Shown: positions 49,177-60,553, counted from the stretch's first letter. The stretch: 64,000 nt of DNA from a virus (IMGVR_UViG_3300009078_000075:18518-82517); one strand, 5' to 3'. The notes: a model not told the origin generated them from the letters alone. Translations and numbers: made by a program.

Positions 49177-52100
49177 ATGGCCGTTCCGTTAATTTTACAG
49201 ATTGATGTTGATAACCGGGGACAGATTAAAATTAATCAATTTAATCAATCCTTGAATAATGTCAATCAAAATATAAATTCTTCTGGTAAGAATTTTTCAC
49301 ATCTTAGTAAAATTTTAGGTGGAACAGTTGGCGCTGTTTTTTCTCTTAAAGGTGCTTTTATCGGATTAGGTATTGGGGCATTAGCCCGGGAAACCTTAAT
49401 GATAGGCACCCGATTTGAGCAACTTCAAATTGCTCTTGATACTATTACAAAGGGACATGGAGTAGAAACATTTCAAGCGTTAAATGAGTGGGCATTAAGA
49501 ATGCCTATTAATACAGAAAAAGCAATTCAAGCTTTTACTCAAATGTCTGCAATGGGGTTAAAGCCAACAATTGATCAAATGACCATTTTGGTGGATACTA
49601 CATCTGCTCTTGGTGGAGCCCCTGAAACAATGATGTCAATAGCAGAAGCCCTTGGTAAAATACAAGCAAAAGGGGAAATGTCTGCAAGGGAACTGATTCA
49701 ATTAACTTCTGCTGGTGTTCCTGCCCTTGAAATATTACGGAATGAATTACATAATCAATCAATCTCATGGGATAATATTTCTGATTCTGCATATTCTGCA
49801 GATCAAATAATTAAAGCATTATATTCAGGTATGGAAAAAAATTATGGTGGATTGTCTGCAAAAATTCAATTAAGTATGGCGGGGATAATTGAAACATTAG
49901 TTTCTGAATGGAAAGAATTTTGGCGATCCGTTATGATGGATAGCGGTGTTCTTACTCAACTTGAAACAATGGGAAATAAATTAGTTGCTGTAATTACAAG
50001 ATTGAGGGAATCAGGACAATTAAAAGAATGGACCGATTTGATTGGTATAAAATTAGTTAATGCATTAAAAACAGTTGAAAAAATTGTTATATATATTGCC
50101 GGTCATTGGAAAGATTGGAAAGATGAATTTACCCTTCTTCTTATTCCCGTTAAAGCATTCATTGCATATCAACTTGCTGCTGTAATGACTGAAATTGCAT
50201 ATGGGGCAATTAAAGCTATTGAAAATGTTGGGAATCTTGCAAAGGCATTTACAACTTTAAACACAGTAACAAAAGGGTTATCCCTTGGTGCTAAAGGGGG
50301 ACTTGTCGGCCTTGCCTTGTTTGGAGGAGTTGAGTTAGGGGGATGGTTACGAAAGAATTTTGCTATTGTTAATGAATTTGGTATTGGATTAATGGGGGGA
50401 CTTCATAAAACATTTACTCATACCGCTTCTTTTATTCAGGATGTTATTTATGGAATTAAATATATTTTTGTCTCCATGTTTAAAGAATTACAAAATTCAA
50501 TGAACAATTTCCTTGAATATATTGAAAAGGCCCATCGAGCATTAGCATCAACGAAAATAGGGAAAAAACTTGGTCTTGATGCAAATGTTCAATATGTAAG
50601 ATTTCAAGGTGGATATTTTGAAAATTATTTAAAGGAAATGGAACTTGAAAGACAACAAAGAAAAGGACGGGAACAGGCGGATTTAGAAGAAATTGATAGA
50701 ATATATACTGAAATGATGGCTGAATCAATGGCGGGTATTTTAACGACTACAACGACTAAACCATCAAAAACAACCAAACCACATAAAATTTCTACTTTAC
50801 CATCTGATGATAAACCTAAAATAGATGATAAATGGAAAAAACAAGAGGATGAAGATCTTATAAAACAACTGAAAAAATATGATGATGCCTTTGCAGAGGG
50901 TTTGGGAGCTAATGACAAGGCATATCAAGAATGGTTTTTAGCACAACAAGAAAAGTGGACAGATTTTAATAAACAAGTTTCCGATGGTTTTGTAAATGTT
51001 TTTGCTGATGTATTAGAGCATGGAATTACAAATTTTGGTGATTTTTGTAATAATTTGTGGAAATCATTCAAAGGATTACTTGCTAAAATGGCGGCAGAAG
51101 AATTATTTGGTGGTGTAGCCAGATCATTGGCAAAATCAATTACTGATCCTATAAAATCTTCTTTAACATCCCTTATTCAAACTTCATTAGGTAAAAGTAT
51201 GGGTATGGGGGGAGAAGGAATGGCCCTTGGTGGGGCAGCACTTGGTATGTTTGCTATAGGGGGGATAGCTTTAGGGGGGATATTAAATAATGTTTTTAAG
51301 AAAAAGAAAAAAGCTCAAACATATTCAATTCCCGTTGAATTAGACTTTTCTGTTAATGAAGCAGATTTTTCAAGTTTACTTGACAAAACATTTGCAAAAA
51401 TTCCCGAACAATTAGGGGCAATGGTTAATTCGGTAAAGTCTCAAATAAGTAAAATGTATGGAATGGATTATTTATATAAATTTGATCCAGCTGCCGAAAT
51501 GCAAAAATTTATATACACACTTCAGGGAACAATTTTTCAAATTTCAAGTCAAATTTTATCAACTCCCCGGAGAATTGTTGAAATGAATTTACAAGAAATT
51601 AAAAGTTGGTTTCCACAATATAATGAAGAGCTTTTAAATCAAATAAAAGAGCTTGAAGATAAATTAGCATATGAAACAAGTACATCTCGTGCCATTGATG
51701 TTGCTGGATTTGGTGCTGTTAAATATATATTGAATATGCAGCAAATGTTGGAACCTCAAATTGAGACTTTAAATGAACAACTTGCAGAAGGCGTTGAGGG
51801 ATTAATTGAAAAAGTAAAGGTTTTTGGACAAACATTTTCCGAAGTTATTGGAAATGCTTTTAATGATAGTTTGGGTTCTTTTGATATATTTAAAGAAAAT
51901 ATATCTAAGGGACTTTATGAAGCATTCAGGGAATCATTCTTAAATGCTATTAATGATGCCATGATGCAACAAACATTTAAAAAAGTTTGGGATATATATG
52001 GAATCGGCGGATTTGATGAATTGGCAGCAGGATTAGTGGGTGGAACAAAAAGTAAAGAAGATATTACTGCCATAATCGGGAGTATGGTAACAGTAATGGA

Positions 52101-52623
52101 AGATGTGCGTCCATTGTTTGAGCAAATGAATGAAGCTCTTGTATATCTTGATACTACATTATCCTATAATACAGATGCAATTTTAACAAATACAGATGCT
52201 TTAACTGCTCAACAGCAAATTAATGATTTTATCGCACAATTGACCACAGGGACCCTTGCTCCGGTACAAAGTATGGAAGCGATTACAGATCGATATAATC
52301 AATTACTTGGAAGTGGGGACCTTAATGATCTTTTTTCGTATGTATCAGGGACAATGCTTCCTTTCTTTCAGTCATTTGGAGGGGATTACCAGACGGCATT
52401 TACTGGTGTTGTGTCTGATCTTCAAGGACTTGCTTCATCTTATGGTTCAGGGTTTTCCCCTTCTTCAATAGGGGATGCCGTTGCTTCTGCAATTGCTCCG
52501 ATACTTCAAGGGACCCAGACGATACATGTAACCATTGAAGTTGACGGGACACAAATTGGTGAAGTCCTTATTGATCAATTGGCGTCAAATCCACAATTAG
52601 TTGAAGCGATACAGCAGGTATAA
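49177..52623 (+). CDS. Tape measure protein
   Basis: 1148 aa helical; ALGKIQAKG...EL.QL..AGVP tape-measure domain. Confidence 0.92.
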   Translation: MAVPLILQIDVDNRGQIKINQFNQSLNNVNQNINSSGKNFSHLSKILGGTVGAVFSLKGAFIGLGIGALARETLMIGTRFEQLQIALDTITKGHGVETFQALNEWALRMPINTEKAIQAFTQMSAMGLKPTIDQMTILVDTTSALGGAPETMMSIAEALGKIQAKGEMSARELIQLTSAGVPALEILRNELHNQSISWDNISDSAYSADQIIKALYSGMEKNYGGLSAKIQLSMAGIIETLVSEWKEFWRSVMMDSGVLTQLETMGNKLVAVITRLRESGQLKEWTDLIGIKLVNALKTVEKIVIYIAGHWKDWKDEFTLLLIPVKAFIAYQLAAVMTEIAYGAIKAIENVGNLAKAFTTLNTVTKGLSLGAKGGLVGLALFGGVELGGWLRKNFAIVNEFGIGLMGGLHKTFTHTASFIQDVIYGIKYIFVSMFKELQNSMNNFLEYIEKAHRALASTKIGKKLGLDANVQYVRFQGGYFENYLKEMELERQQRKGREQADLEEIDRIYTEMMAESMAGILTTTTTKPSKTTKPHKISTLPSDDKPKIDDKWKKQEDEDLIKQLKKYDDAFAEGLGANDKAYQEWFLAQQEKWTDFNKQVSDGFVNVFADVLEHGITNFGDFCNNLWKSFKGLLAKMAAEELFGGVARSLAKSITDPIKSSLTSLIQTSLGKSMGMGGEGMALGGAALGMFAIGGIALGGILNNVFKKKKKAQTYSIPVELDFSVNEADFSSLLDKTFAKIPEQLGAMVNSVKSQISKMYGMDYLYKFDPAAEMQKFIYTLQGTIFQISSQILSTPRRIVEMNLQEIKSWFPQYNEELLNQIKELEDKLAYETSTSRAIDVAGFGAVKYILNMQQMLEPQIETLNEQLAEGVEGLIEKVKVFGQTFSEVIGNAFNDSLGSFDIFKENISKGLYEAFRESFLNAINDAMMQQTFKKVWDIYGIGGFDELAAGLVGGTKSKEDITAIIGSMVTVMEDVRPLFEQMNEALVYLDTTLSYNTDAILTNTDALTAQQQINDFIAQLTTGTLAPVQSMEAITDRYNQLLGSGDLNDLFSYVSGTMLPFFQSFGGDYQTAFTGVVSDLQGLASSYGSGFSPSSIGDAVASAIAPILQGTQTIHVTIEVDGTQIGEVLIDQLASNPQLVEAIQQV

Positions 52624-52625
52624 AT

Positions 52626-53192
52626 ATGAATGATTTTATGAATATTGAAGGATGGTTAACATTAGAGCAGGGAAAAGCTCTTTCTTCTTTATCCTCTTCA
52701 TTAAATGAAAATGCAGTAATTGTTGAAATTGGGGCATATAGGGGAAGGTCCACATGTTTTATTGCTTATGGGATTCAAAAAAATAAAAATATAAAAATGT
52801 ATTCTATAGATATTTGTATACAGGAACAACTTATTTCAAATCTTGATCATTTTTGTTTACTTGATAAAATATTTTTAATTGAAGGGGATTCAATTAAAGA
52901 CTCCGTTATTGAAACAATCCCTGATCCCATTGATTTTCTTTTTATAGATGGAGATCACAATGCTATTCAGGTTTATAATGAATTTCAAACATATTTTCCA
53001 AAATTAAAAAAGAATGGAATATTAGCTTTACATGATGTTGGTCCTCTTGATTCTCATGTTCCTCAATTTATGGGGCCTTATTTTGTTTATAATTCGGTAA
53101 TAAAAGATTATTTACATACTATATTTTGGGTGTCAAATAAAAAATATGAAACAGATTTAATTGGTGATTTAATTATTGGTTTTAAAAAATAA
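52626..53192 (+). CDS. Class I SAM methyltransferase (Methyltransf_24-like)
   Basis: IEGWL, VEIGAYRGRST, DFLFIDGDH, HD. Confidence 0.85.
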   Translation: MNDFMNIEGWLTLEQGKALSSLSSSLNENAVIVEIGAYRGRSTCFIAYGIQKNKNIKMYSIDICIQEQLISNLDHFCLLDKIFLIEGDSIKDSVIETIPDPIDFLFIDGDHNAIQVYNEFQTYFPKLKKNGILALHDVGPLDSHVPQFMGPYFVYNSVIKDYLHTIFWVSNKKYETDLIGDLIIGFKK

Positions 53193-53331
53193 GGAGAGAT
53201 TATATGAAAAAAATGGAAAAATTTATTATGAAAATGAAAGAATTTATTGTAAAAGTAAAAAAATTTATAGAGAAAATACGAATTTATTTAGAAAAATTAA
53301 AAGGATTATTTATAAAAAATAAGGAATAAAA

Positions 53332-53733
53332 ATGGCAAAAGAAATATATGATTATGTCTCAACGGTAACCTCTGATGTTGATCAAACCCTATCTATTTCT
53401 CCTCAAAATGTATTGACAGAAATGGTAGGGAAAAATGATATTATCCATGATATGGATGACGGATCAGATGAAATTGTGGAGCTTAGTAGTACATATATTT
53501 TTCATATTATGATCCAATATGATTTATTAAATGAATCAGATGCAGGAACCATATTTGATTTTTGGTGTGATTCAAATAAAGGGCGTGGAAAAGTAAATTC
53601 ATTTAAATTTAATCATCCCGATGGACATACATATGTAGTTAGATTCATTACAGATATGTCTCGTGCAATGACTCCAACTTCTTATGGGATTAAAGAAATA
53701 CGGTTCAAAATTATTGGAAGGATAGCTGATTAA
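53332..53733 (+). CDS. Distal tail protein-like
   Basis: Position; G..NSFKF.HPDG..YVVRF. Confidence 0.6.
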   Translation: MAKEIYDYVSTVTSDVDQTLSISPQNVLTEMVGKNDIIHDMDDGSDEIVELSSTYIFHIMIQYDLLNESDAGTIFDFWCDSNKGRGKVNSFKFNHPDGHTYVVRFITDMSRAMTPTSYGIKEIRFKIIGRIAD

Positions 53734-53735
53734 AG

Positions 53736-56700
53736 ATGAAAAGTTTTAATGAAACACAAGCAGCAATTGTTCTTTCCACTAAAAAATTAGATATTAAATG
53801 GTTATTTGAAATTGATACGGATAACGATGGAACAGCCGATTATTTTTATTCTACTCAAAACACCACATTTGAAGAACAAAATTATGATGCAAAAATACTT
53901 AATTTTAAAGGAATTACATTTAATAGAAATGTATCCGAGTACGGATTGTCCGTTCCTTCTAAATTAAATTTTTCAATATCAAATGTGGATAATTTGTTAA
54001 ATGGTTCTGATTTTGAAGGGGCTTCAATTTTAGTAAGACTAATTGCCGGGGATGGTGAGAATGAAAGTGAGTTAATGAAATGGAATTTTAAAATTTCTCG
54101 GAGTCCGAGTGTTTATCAAAAAATTAATGTTGAAGCTCATGATTGGTTACAAGATTATTTAAAGGGGGATTACCCTAATACATCTTTAATTCAAAATTTA
54201 TTTCCATCAAATGATCCTCAAAAAGATAATGTTTGTGTTCCGGTTATTTGGGGAACAGCATTTATTCCCGTTCGATCTGCTTATATAACTTCTTCAAGAT
54301 TTTATGTTCTTGGTCCTTATACAGATACTAATTTTGGGGCCGAAAAATTAACAAATATCGGATTTGAAATCCCTGGTGTTGGGGGGGATGACGTTTTTGA
54401 AACATGGGAAGAAACAAAGGGGTCCGGTACAATTGCAGAGGAATCAACAATTGTATATGGGGATTATTCCGCTTGTAAAATGACTGCGGGTGTTTCTGAT
54501 GATTGTATAATCACACAAGATATATCAGTTACTGCTGGTAAATTATATAAATTAACAATTTGGACACGGGGAGATGGAACAAATGCCGGTCGATATTATC
54601 TTTATGATGTATCGAATAGTACTGTAATTACTGCTGCTACTTCAACGGGGGTAACAGGAACAAGTTATACAAAAGTGGAAATTTGGTTTACTGCTCCTTA
54701 TGATTGTTCCTCTGTTAGATTACAATTACAGCCTCCAGAAACCCCTGGTGGAATTTGTTATTATGATGATATTTCAATAAAGGAAATAACTGATTATTCA
54801 ATTACAAAAGTAAAATCACCGAGAGAATTTGGAAGTCAATCAGCATGGACATCCTTTTTTAAATATTATAGAAAAGTAGGATCGGACGGAAATCCATATA
54901 TTTGTGCGGAATTTATAATTGCTGATTCTGATCTTGACGGTGTAAATGATGCAAATGGATTATTTAGAAATGGTGAAAAATTTCTTGATGTTCCTTGTAA
55001 ATATTCATATATGTCAACTTCAGGATTTACAAATGCTGCTGATCTGATTGAATATATCCTTCTTGATATGGGTATCCCGTCAACTAAAATTGATGATGTC
55101 TCCCTTGCCGTTGTTAAATCAACTTATACAAGTTGGAGTTTAACATTAAATGGCGGAATTTGGTTTAAAATAAATAAAAGAAAATTCCTTGCAAAACTTC
55201 TTACCATGATGCATTTAGAATTGATTGTAAGGGATAAAATTTATTTTAAGATTCATACAAAAGTAAGTCAAGACACGATTGATAATAGTTTGATAATTAA
55301 AAATAATGAAATTGGTGAAGGCACTTTTGGTGTATCTATTATCAATCAAAATGAGTATAAAGATAGTGGTTTTTCTGCATATCAAGAAGAAGATAATTGT
55401 ATTGATTCATTAATCAAAATTTTGATTCCTGCAAAAACAACTACGAATAATATTAGCAGTACTATAATTGATACCGATTATATCCAAAATAGTCAACACG
55501 CACAAATAATTACTAAAATGGCCCTGCAAAGAAGATTACTCGGGGATAAAAAAATTAAATTTGACGGGAGCACTACATTAATTGGATTGGAAGTTGATGA
55601 TGTTATTACAATTAATGGAGATAATTATGATTCTGAGGGAAGCACTTATAATATTTTAATTGATGAAATAACATTAAATAAGGATCTCAGTATTTCAATT
55701 TCTGGGACCAGATTTTCAGAATCATTGGATGACTGGGAGGATCTTTCTTTTGATTCTGTTGTTATTGCTTCTGATGATAGTACCGGAACATATCAAATTG
55801 TTGTAAGTGGACCCAGTAGTGTTGGCCCTACTGGAACAACCGTTCCAAATAGGGTCCCCGGACGATTAACCATTGGAAATGATACAACAAATATTATAAT
55901 TGATCCTGATAAATCAGGTGATCGGGTAATTTATTCTGGAAAAACTGATTTTGGAACGGATGGTAGCGGATTTATAATTGGTGTTGATTTTTCTGATTCC
56001 AATAAAGTAAAAATGTACCTTGGCGATTCCACTAATTATTTATATTGGAATGGGACAAATCTTATAATAAGTGGGGATATATCAGCTACTACAGGAACGG
56101 TGGGGGGATTTACAATTGCTGCCACCACACTAACAGCAACAAATCTTATATTAGATTCTGCTAATCAAAAAATAAGTCTTGGTTCTGGTAATGACATTAT
56201 CATTCTTGATGCGGCGGATGGGACATATAGATTAGCTATTGGAAATTCCACATATGCAGATGCTCCATTTAGTATTACAAAAGCCGGAGCAATAAAGGCC
56301 ATATCGGGCACTCTCGGAGGATTTACCCTTGCTGCCACTACATTAAGTGCCGATTCTGGAAGTTTTACATTAAATAGTTCTGTTCCTTCTATTGCATTTG
56401 GAGCAGCTTCTGATTATTTAACAGGTATTGGAATATGGCAGGGGAAACATGATTCTGTTTATAAAATGCATATGGGGGACCCTGCCGGGGACCATATAAA
56501 ATGGGATGGCTCCAATTTATATGTTACCGGTATGTTTATCGGATCAAGTGAAATTGGAACAACGATATCCAATACATTTGAAATAAATTCTGATAATACA
56601 GATACCAATGTTCAATTGATATTTGGCAGAACAACGGGTGGGGATGCTACAATACAGTGGAATGGAACAAATATAACTCTTGATAAACAGACAATTGCTG

Positions 56701-59663
56701 ATAATACAATATTGACAGTTGATCAGGCAGATGCTGCTGATAACGATTTTGCTAAATTCACTGCAAATGGGATTGAGGGAAGAAGTTATGCGGAAGTTAA
56801 ACAGGATTTGGATCTTGAAATAGGGACCGATCTTGTTGCCTTATCTACTTTTAACGCTCATAAAGATCGCCATGACCCCAATGATGGGGCAGATGCCCTT
56901 GATACAGCAGCAGCAGCAGAAATAAGTGCTGTAGTGGCAGCAGGAACAGGAACGTCCCATTCTTTTTCAAGAGCTGATCATATTCATGCTATTAATCATG
57001 GAATAACTGATAATCATATAGTTACGGTGGATCATGCAAGTGCAGCAGATAATGATTATGCCAAATTCACTGCAAGTGGGATTGAGGGAAGAAGTTATGC
57101 AGAGGTCCTTGCTGATCTATCAGCACAAGCAGGGGCTACATTTAGTTTTAATGGACAAGATGTGTCTTTAGGAAGTCTTACAATTGGAAATGGGGCAAGT
57201 ATTGGAAGTGCGGGGGATATTACATTATCTCCAACTGGGGATATTCTTTTAAATCCAACGGGAAATGATGTATATCCTACTAATAATTATGATATAAATC
57301 TTGGACTTCTTACTAAAAAATTTTTAACCCTTCATGCCGCTGAATTATGGGTTGAAACCCTTGTGGTACAAGATACAATGGCAACCATTGGTGGACGGAT
57401 AATTGTTGCTCCCTGCACAGAATTAACAAGTGACTTGACAGATGATGCTACCACTATTTATGTTAAACATAATAATTTAGCAAATGGGGATAGAATATAC
57501 CTTGAGAGTAATGGAAAAGTTGAATTTATGGCTATAACTGGGGCACCGGGAGGGGCAGGTCCATATAGCCATACCGTTACAAGGAATCTTGATGGTTCAG
57601 GGGCAAATGTTTGGTATGCGGGGGATGCGGTATTAAATACAGGTACAACCGGTGACGGGTTTATTGATATATATTCAAATAGAGGAATTAAAGAAGCCTC
57701 TGATTATGGTCCCACAATAGTTGGTAATGTTAGAAATTCGGCAACATATAGTGATTATACCGAATGTTGGGCAATTGGCAACTTAAATGGTATTTATGGA
57801 TATTCAACGGATACTTATGGTGCAGCATTTGGAAAATATTCTGCGGCAAATTATATTACAATTGATTCAACTAATGGGGTTAGGTTTTTAGATGCAGATG
57901 ACGTGATACGTGCTCAATTATCAAGTAGCACATGGACATTAGGATATACAACCAGTGAACATGTGTCGATTAGTAGCACGGCAATACAATTTAAAGACGG
58001 ATCAAGTGTATATACTGATTTAACAGCAGGGGTTTTGAAGTTAGGTTTAGAATCAGGGGGGGAATATGTATCAATTTCTTCAAGTGGTGTTCTTGGATAT
58101 GGAAATGCTGTTAAATTACTTGAAATAAAATCAGATGGGATTGCTTATCTCGGGGATCAATCGAATGAACATATTAAATTATCTACTTCAGGGTTACAAG
58201 TGTATGATGGGGCAACGTTATATGCTACATATGGGGCTACGACTACAATTGGGTTAACTGCTTCGGAACATTTAAATATAACATCCGCTTCAGTACAAAT
58301 AAAAGATGGATCAAGTGTTTACACGGATCTTACCGCTGGCGTATTAAAACTTGGTCTTGAATCAGGGGGGGAATATGTATCAATTTCTTCAAGTGGGGTC
58401 CTTATGTATGGAGGCGCCGTTGCCCATTTAAGTTTATCAAGTGCCGGTGCTTTTTGGGCGGGAGACACGTCTTCAAGTGAAAGAATTGAATGGAATAGCT
58501 CGGATGGATTGTTTATTACTAATGCTTCTAATGTAAAAGTATTTAAAGTAAACACAACAGGGGATGCTTCTTTATTGGGGTCTTTAAAATTAGGTGACGG
58601 AACAACCACTTCTGGAACGATTACTTTATCCATTGCAGATGGACAGGGGGATTGTTATATAGCGACCGGTAAAACCGATTTTACTAATACTGATACTGGA
58701 TTCATCTTAGGAATTGATGATAGTGATTCCAATAAAGCAAAATTTTTTATTGGAAATTCTACAGATTATTTAAATTGGAACGGATCAAAATTAACTATAA
58801 CTCTGGCAGAGGCAGATTCAATTGTTCTTAATGCTGGTGGAAATATAAAATTGGTTAGTGTGGCAGGGGATTCCGGTAAATTATCCTTGGATTCTGGGAA
58901 TTGTGTGACTGAGATTGGTTCAGAATACACTGGTTATCATTATTGGGGTCCAACAACTGATCCCGCTGTTCAAAAGGCATCTCTTAGAATTGGTTTCAAC
59001 CCCATAGCTGAGTATTATTGTGAAAGTGTTCGTTTAGAGACCGGAGGTACTACGGGGGCCATTACATTCTATGTATATAATACTGCTAATTCACATGTAC
59101 AGCAAAGAATGTATATATCAAGTGGACGCCCATATATAGAATTTCAAGTCAGGGATCTTGCAACTTCCAAAAACATTGAAATAAGTTATGATAATGGTGT
59201 ATATAATCCACGCTTAATTCCAAGTGAGGATTCAGAATGGGATCTCGGGGTAACTGCAAATCGTTGGTTAAATTTATATGTAGATAATGTTACTATAACT
59301 GATACAATCACAGTTGGTGGTGATGCTATCGCAAAAATTAAAACCGGTTCATATACGGGTGATGGGGCAACATCAAAGGCAATTACCGGAGTAGGGTTTA
59401 CTCCTAAATATGTTAAAATATGGGCGATTCTTGTTTCTGGTGCTCGTGAAGGTCCTTGTATTGAAACTACTACTGAAATAAAAGCAAGGGATGCAGATGG
59501 GGGGGCTTATTTTAGTGATACATATGTAACCAGTGGTGGACAATATTTTAGAGATAATTCTATTATTACCTTAGGTACAGATGGTTTTACCGTTGATGAT
59601 GCTGGATCTGATTTACATCCTAATAAAAACGGAACAACATATGATTATATTTGTTTTGGTTAA
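53736..59663 (+). CDS. Tail tip/fibre protein (1975 aa) with carbohydrate-binding-module-like insert and internal repeats
   Basis: VPVIWG hub-like N-terminus; N.GFE...YYDDISIK CBM-like segment; duplicated DND.AKFTA.GIEGRSYAEV and KDGSSVYTDLTAGVLKLGLESGGEYVSISSSGVL. Confidence 0.8.
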   Translation: MKSFNETQAAIVLSTKKLDIKWLFEIDTDNDGTADYFYSTQNTTFEEQNYDAKILNFKGITFNRNVSEYGLSVPSKLNFSISNVDNLLNGSDFEGASILVRLIAGDGENESELMKWNFKISRSPSVYQKINVEAHDWLQDYLKGDYPNTSLIQNLFPSNDPQKDNVCVPVIWGTAFIPVRSAYITSSRFYVLGPYTDTNFGAEKLTNIGFEIPGVGGDDVFETWEETKGSGTIAEESTIVYGDYSACKMTAGVSDDCIITQDISVTAGKLYKLTIWTRGDGTNAGRYYLYDVSNSTVITAATSTGVTGTSYTKVEIWFTAPYDCSSVRLQLQPPETPGGICYYDDISIKEITDYSITKVKSPREFGSQSAWTSFFKYYRKVGSDGNPYICAEFIIADSDLDGVNDANGLFRNGEKFLDVPCKYSYMSTSGFTNAADLIEYILLDMGIPSTKIDDVSLAVVKSTYTSWSLTLNGGIWFKINKRKFLAKLLTMMHLELIVRDKIYFKIHTKVSQDTIDNSLIIKNNEIGEGTFGVSIINQNEYKDSGFSAYQEEDNCIDSLIKILIPAKTTTNNISSTIIDTDYIQNSQHAQIITKMALQRRLLGDKKIKFDGSTTLIGLEVDDVITINGDNYDSEGSTYNILIDEITLNKDLSISISGTRFSESLDDWEDLSFDSVVIASDDSTGTYQIVVSGPSSVGPTGTTVPNRVPGRLTIGNDTTNIIIDPDKSGDRVIYSGKTDFGTDGSGFIIGVDFSDSNKVKMYLGDSTNYLYWNGTNLIISGDISATTGTVGGFTIAATTLTATNLILDSANQKISLGSGNDIIILDAADGTYRLAIGNSTYADAPFSITKAGAIKAISGTLGGFTLAATTLSADSGSFTLNSSVPSIAFGAASDYLTGIGIWQGKHDSVYKMHMGDPAGDHIKWDGSNLYVTGMFIGSSEIGTTISNTFEINSDNTDTNVQLIFGRTTGGDATIQWNGTNITLDKQTIADNTILTVDQADAADNDFAKFTANGIEGRSYAEVKQDLDLEIGTDLVALSTFNAHKDRHDPNDGADALDTAAAAEISAVVAAGTGTSHSFSRADHIHAINHGITDNHIVTVDHASAADNDYAKFTASGIEGRSYAEVLADLSAQAGATFSFNGQDVSLGSLTIGNGASIGSAGDITLSPTGDILLNPTGNDVYPTNNYDINLGLLTKKFLTLHAAELWVETLVVQDTMATIGGRIIVAPCTELTSDLTDDATTIYVKHNNLANGDRIYLESNGKVEFMAITGAPGGAGPYSHTVTRNLDGSGANVWYAGDAVLNTGTTGDGFIDIYSNRGIKEASDYGPTIVGNVRNSATYSDYTECWAIGNLNGIYGYSTDTYGAAFGKYSAANYITIDSTNGVRFLDADDVIRAQLSSSTWTLGYTTSEHVSISSTAIQFKDGSSVYTDLTAGVLKLGLESGGEYVSISSSGVLGYGNAVKLLEIKSDGIAYLGDQSNEHIKLSTSGLQVYDGATLYATYGATTTIGLTASEHLNITSASVQIKDGSSVYTDLTAGVLKLGLESGGEYVSISSSGVLMYGGAVAHLSLSSAGAFWAGDTSSSERIEWNSSDGLFITNASNVKVFKVNTTGDASLLGSLKLGDGTTTSGTITLSIADGQGDCYIATGKTDFTNTDTGFILGIDDSDSNKAKFFIGNSTDYLNWNGSKLTITLAEADSIVLNAGGNIKLVSVAGDSGKLSLDSGNCVTEIGSEYTGYHYWGPTTDPAVQKASLRIGFNPIAEYYCESVRLETGGTTGAITFYVYNTANSHVQQRMYISSGRPYIEFQVRDLATSKNIEISYDNGVYNPRLIPSEDSEWDLGVTANRWLNLYVDNVTITDTITVGGDAIAKIKTGSYTGDGATSKAITGVGFTPKYVKIWAILVSGAREGPCIETTTEIKARDADGGAYFSDTYVTSGGQYFRDNSIITLGTDGFTVDDAGSDLHPNKNGTTYDYICFG

Positions 59664-59741
59664 TATTATGTATATTATAATAGAAAGGAGAAGAATTTTT
59701 TATTTTTAATTTAATTTAATTTCTTAAAAAAGGGGAGATAT

Positions 59742-60137
59742 ATGTTTATTGTAAAAAATGTCAATTTAAATTCAAAAACAGATTTAGTTATTAATAAACT
59801 TACCGGATGTATTCAATTTGATGTTCCACTTATTTTCAAAATCGTAAAATTTAAAAAAGAATATGATCGAGTAATGTCTATAGTTAATGATACACAGAAA
59901 AAAATAATCGAAAAATATTGTGATAAAGATGAAAAGGGGAATCCTAAGGTTAATAATGGAAATTATACTTTTACAAATTCCGTTACTGAATTTTCAAATG
60001 ATATGAGTGAATTTATTAAACAGGAAAGCGAATTTAATATAGATAAATTATGCATTAAATTAAAGGACGTTCCAAAAGAGTTATTTTCAGCACAGGATTT
60101 GATTATACTTGAAAATTTTATTGATTTTAGTGAATAA
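59742..60137 (+). CDS. Post-fibre phage protein (DUF1617-like)
   Basis: KKIIEKY...DEKG..K; typical position after fibre. Confidence 0.5.
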   Translation: MFIVKNVNLNSKTDLVINKLTGCIQFDVPLIFKIVKFKKEYDRVMSIVNDTQKKIIEKYCDKDEKGNPKVNNGNYTFTNSVTEFSNDMSEFIKQESEFNIDKLCIKLKDVPKELFSAQDLIILENFIDFSE

Positions 60138-60149
60138 TAGGAGCATAAT

Positions 60150-60551
60150 ATGTATTTCTCATTAAAAAGGGTTGCCGAAAATGAACATGGAACGTTTGGG
60201 GTGCTTTTAAAAGAAGGAATTACCCCTGTTATGCTTACATTAGAAGATAAATGGAAAAATAATAATCCAAATATATCATGTATACCAACGGGTACTTATC
60301 AATGTAAAAGAATTGTATCCCCTAAATTTGGAGACGTATTTGAAATATTAAATGTCCCGAATAGGGGACATATATTATTTCATACCGGGAATGTTGAAGA
60401 TGATACTCATGGTTGTATTTTATTGGGATCAGGATTTGGACAGTTAAATGGGAAAACATCATTAGAAGAATCAAAGAAAGCATTCAATGAATTTATGGGG
60501 TATTTAAATAATCTTGATCATTTTCTTTTAATCATTATTGATAAGAGGTAA
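60150..60551 (+). CDS. Putative endolysin (DUF5675-like)
   Basis: GTFGVL, TLE..W, SCIP.G.Y, NVPNR..ILFH.GN...DT.GCILLG. Confidence 0.75.
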   Translation: MYFSLKRVAENEHGTFGVLLKEGITPVMLTLEDKWKNNNPNISCIPTGTYQCKRIVSPKFGDVFEILNVPNRGHILFHTGNVEDDTHGCILLGSGFGQLNGKTSLEESKKAFNEFMGYLNNLDHFLLIIIDKR

Positions 60552-60553
60552 AT

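Noticed and set aside
56730-58400. DGR template/variable repeats in the tail fibre gene
   Set aside because: Repeats are in-frame coding duplications with mostly synonymous differences; no reverse transcriptase in the window
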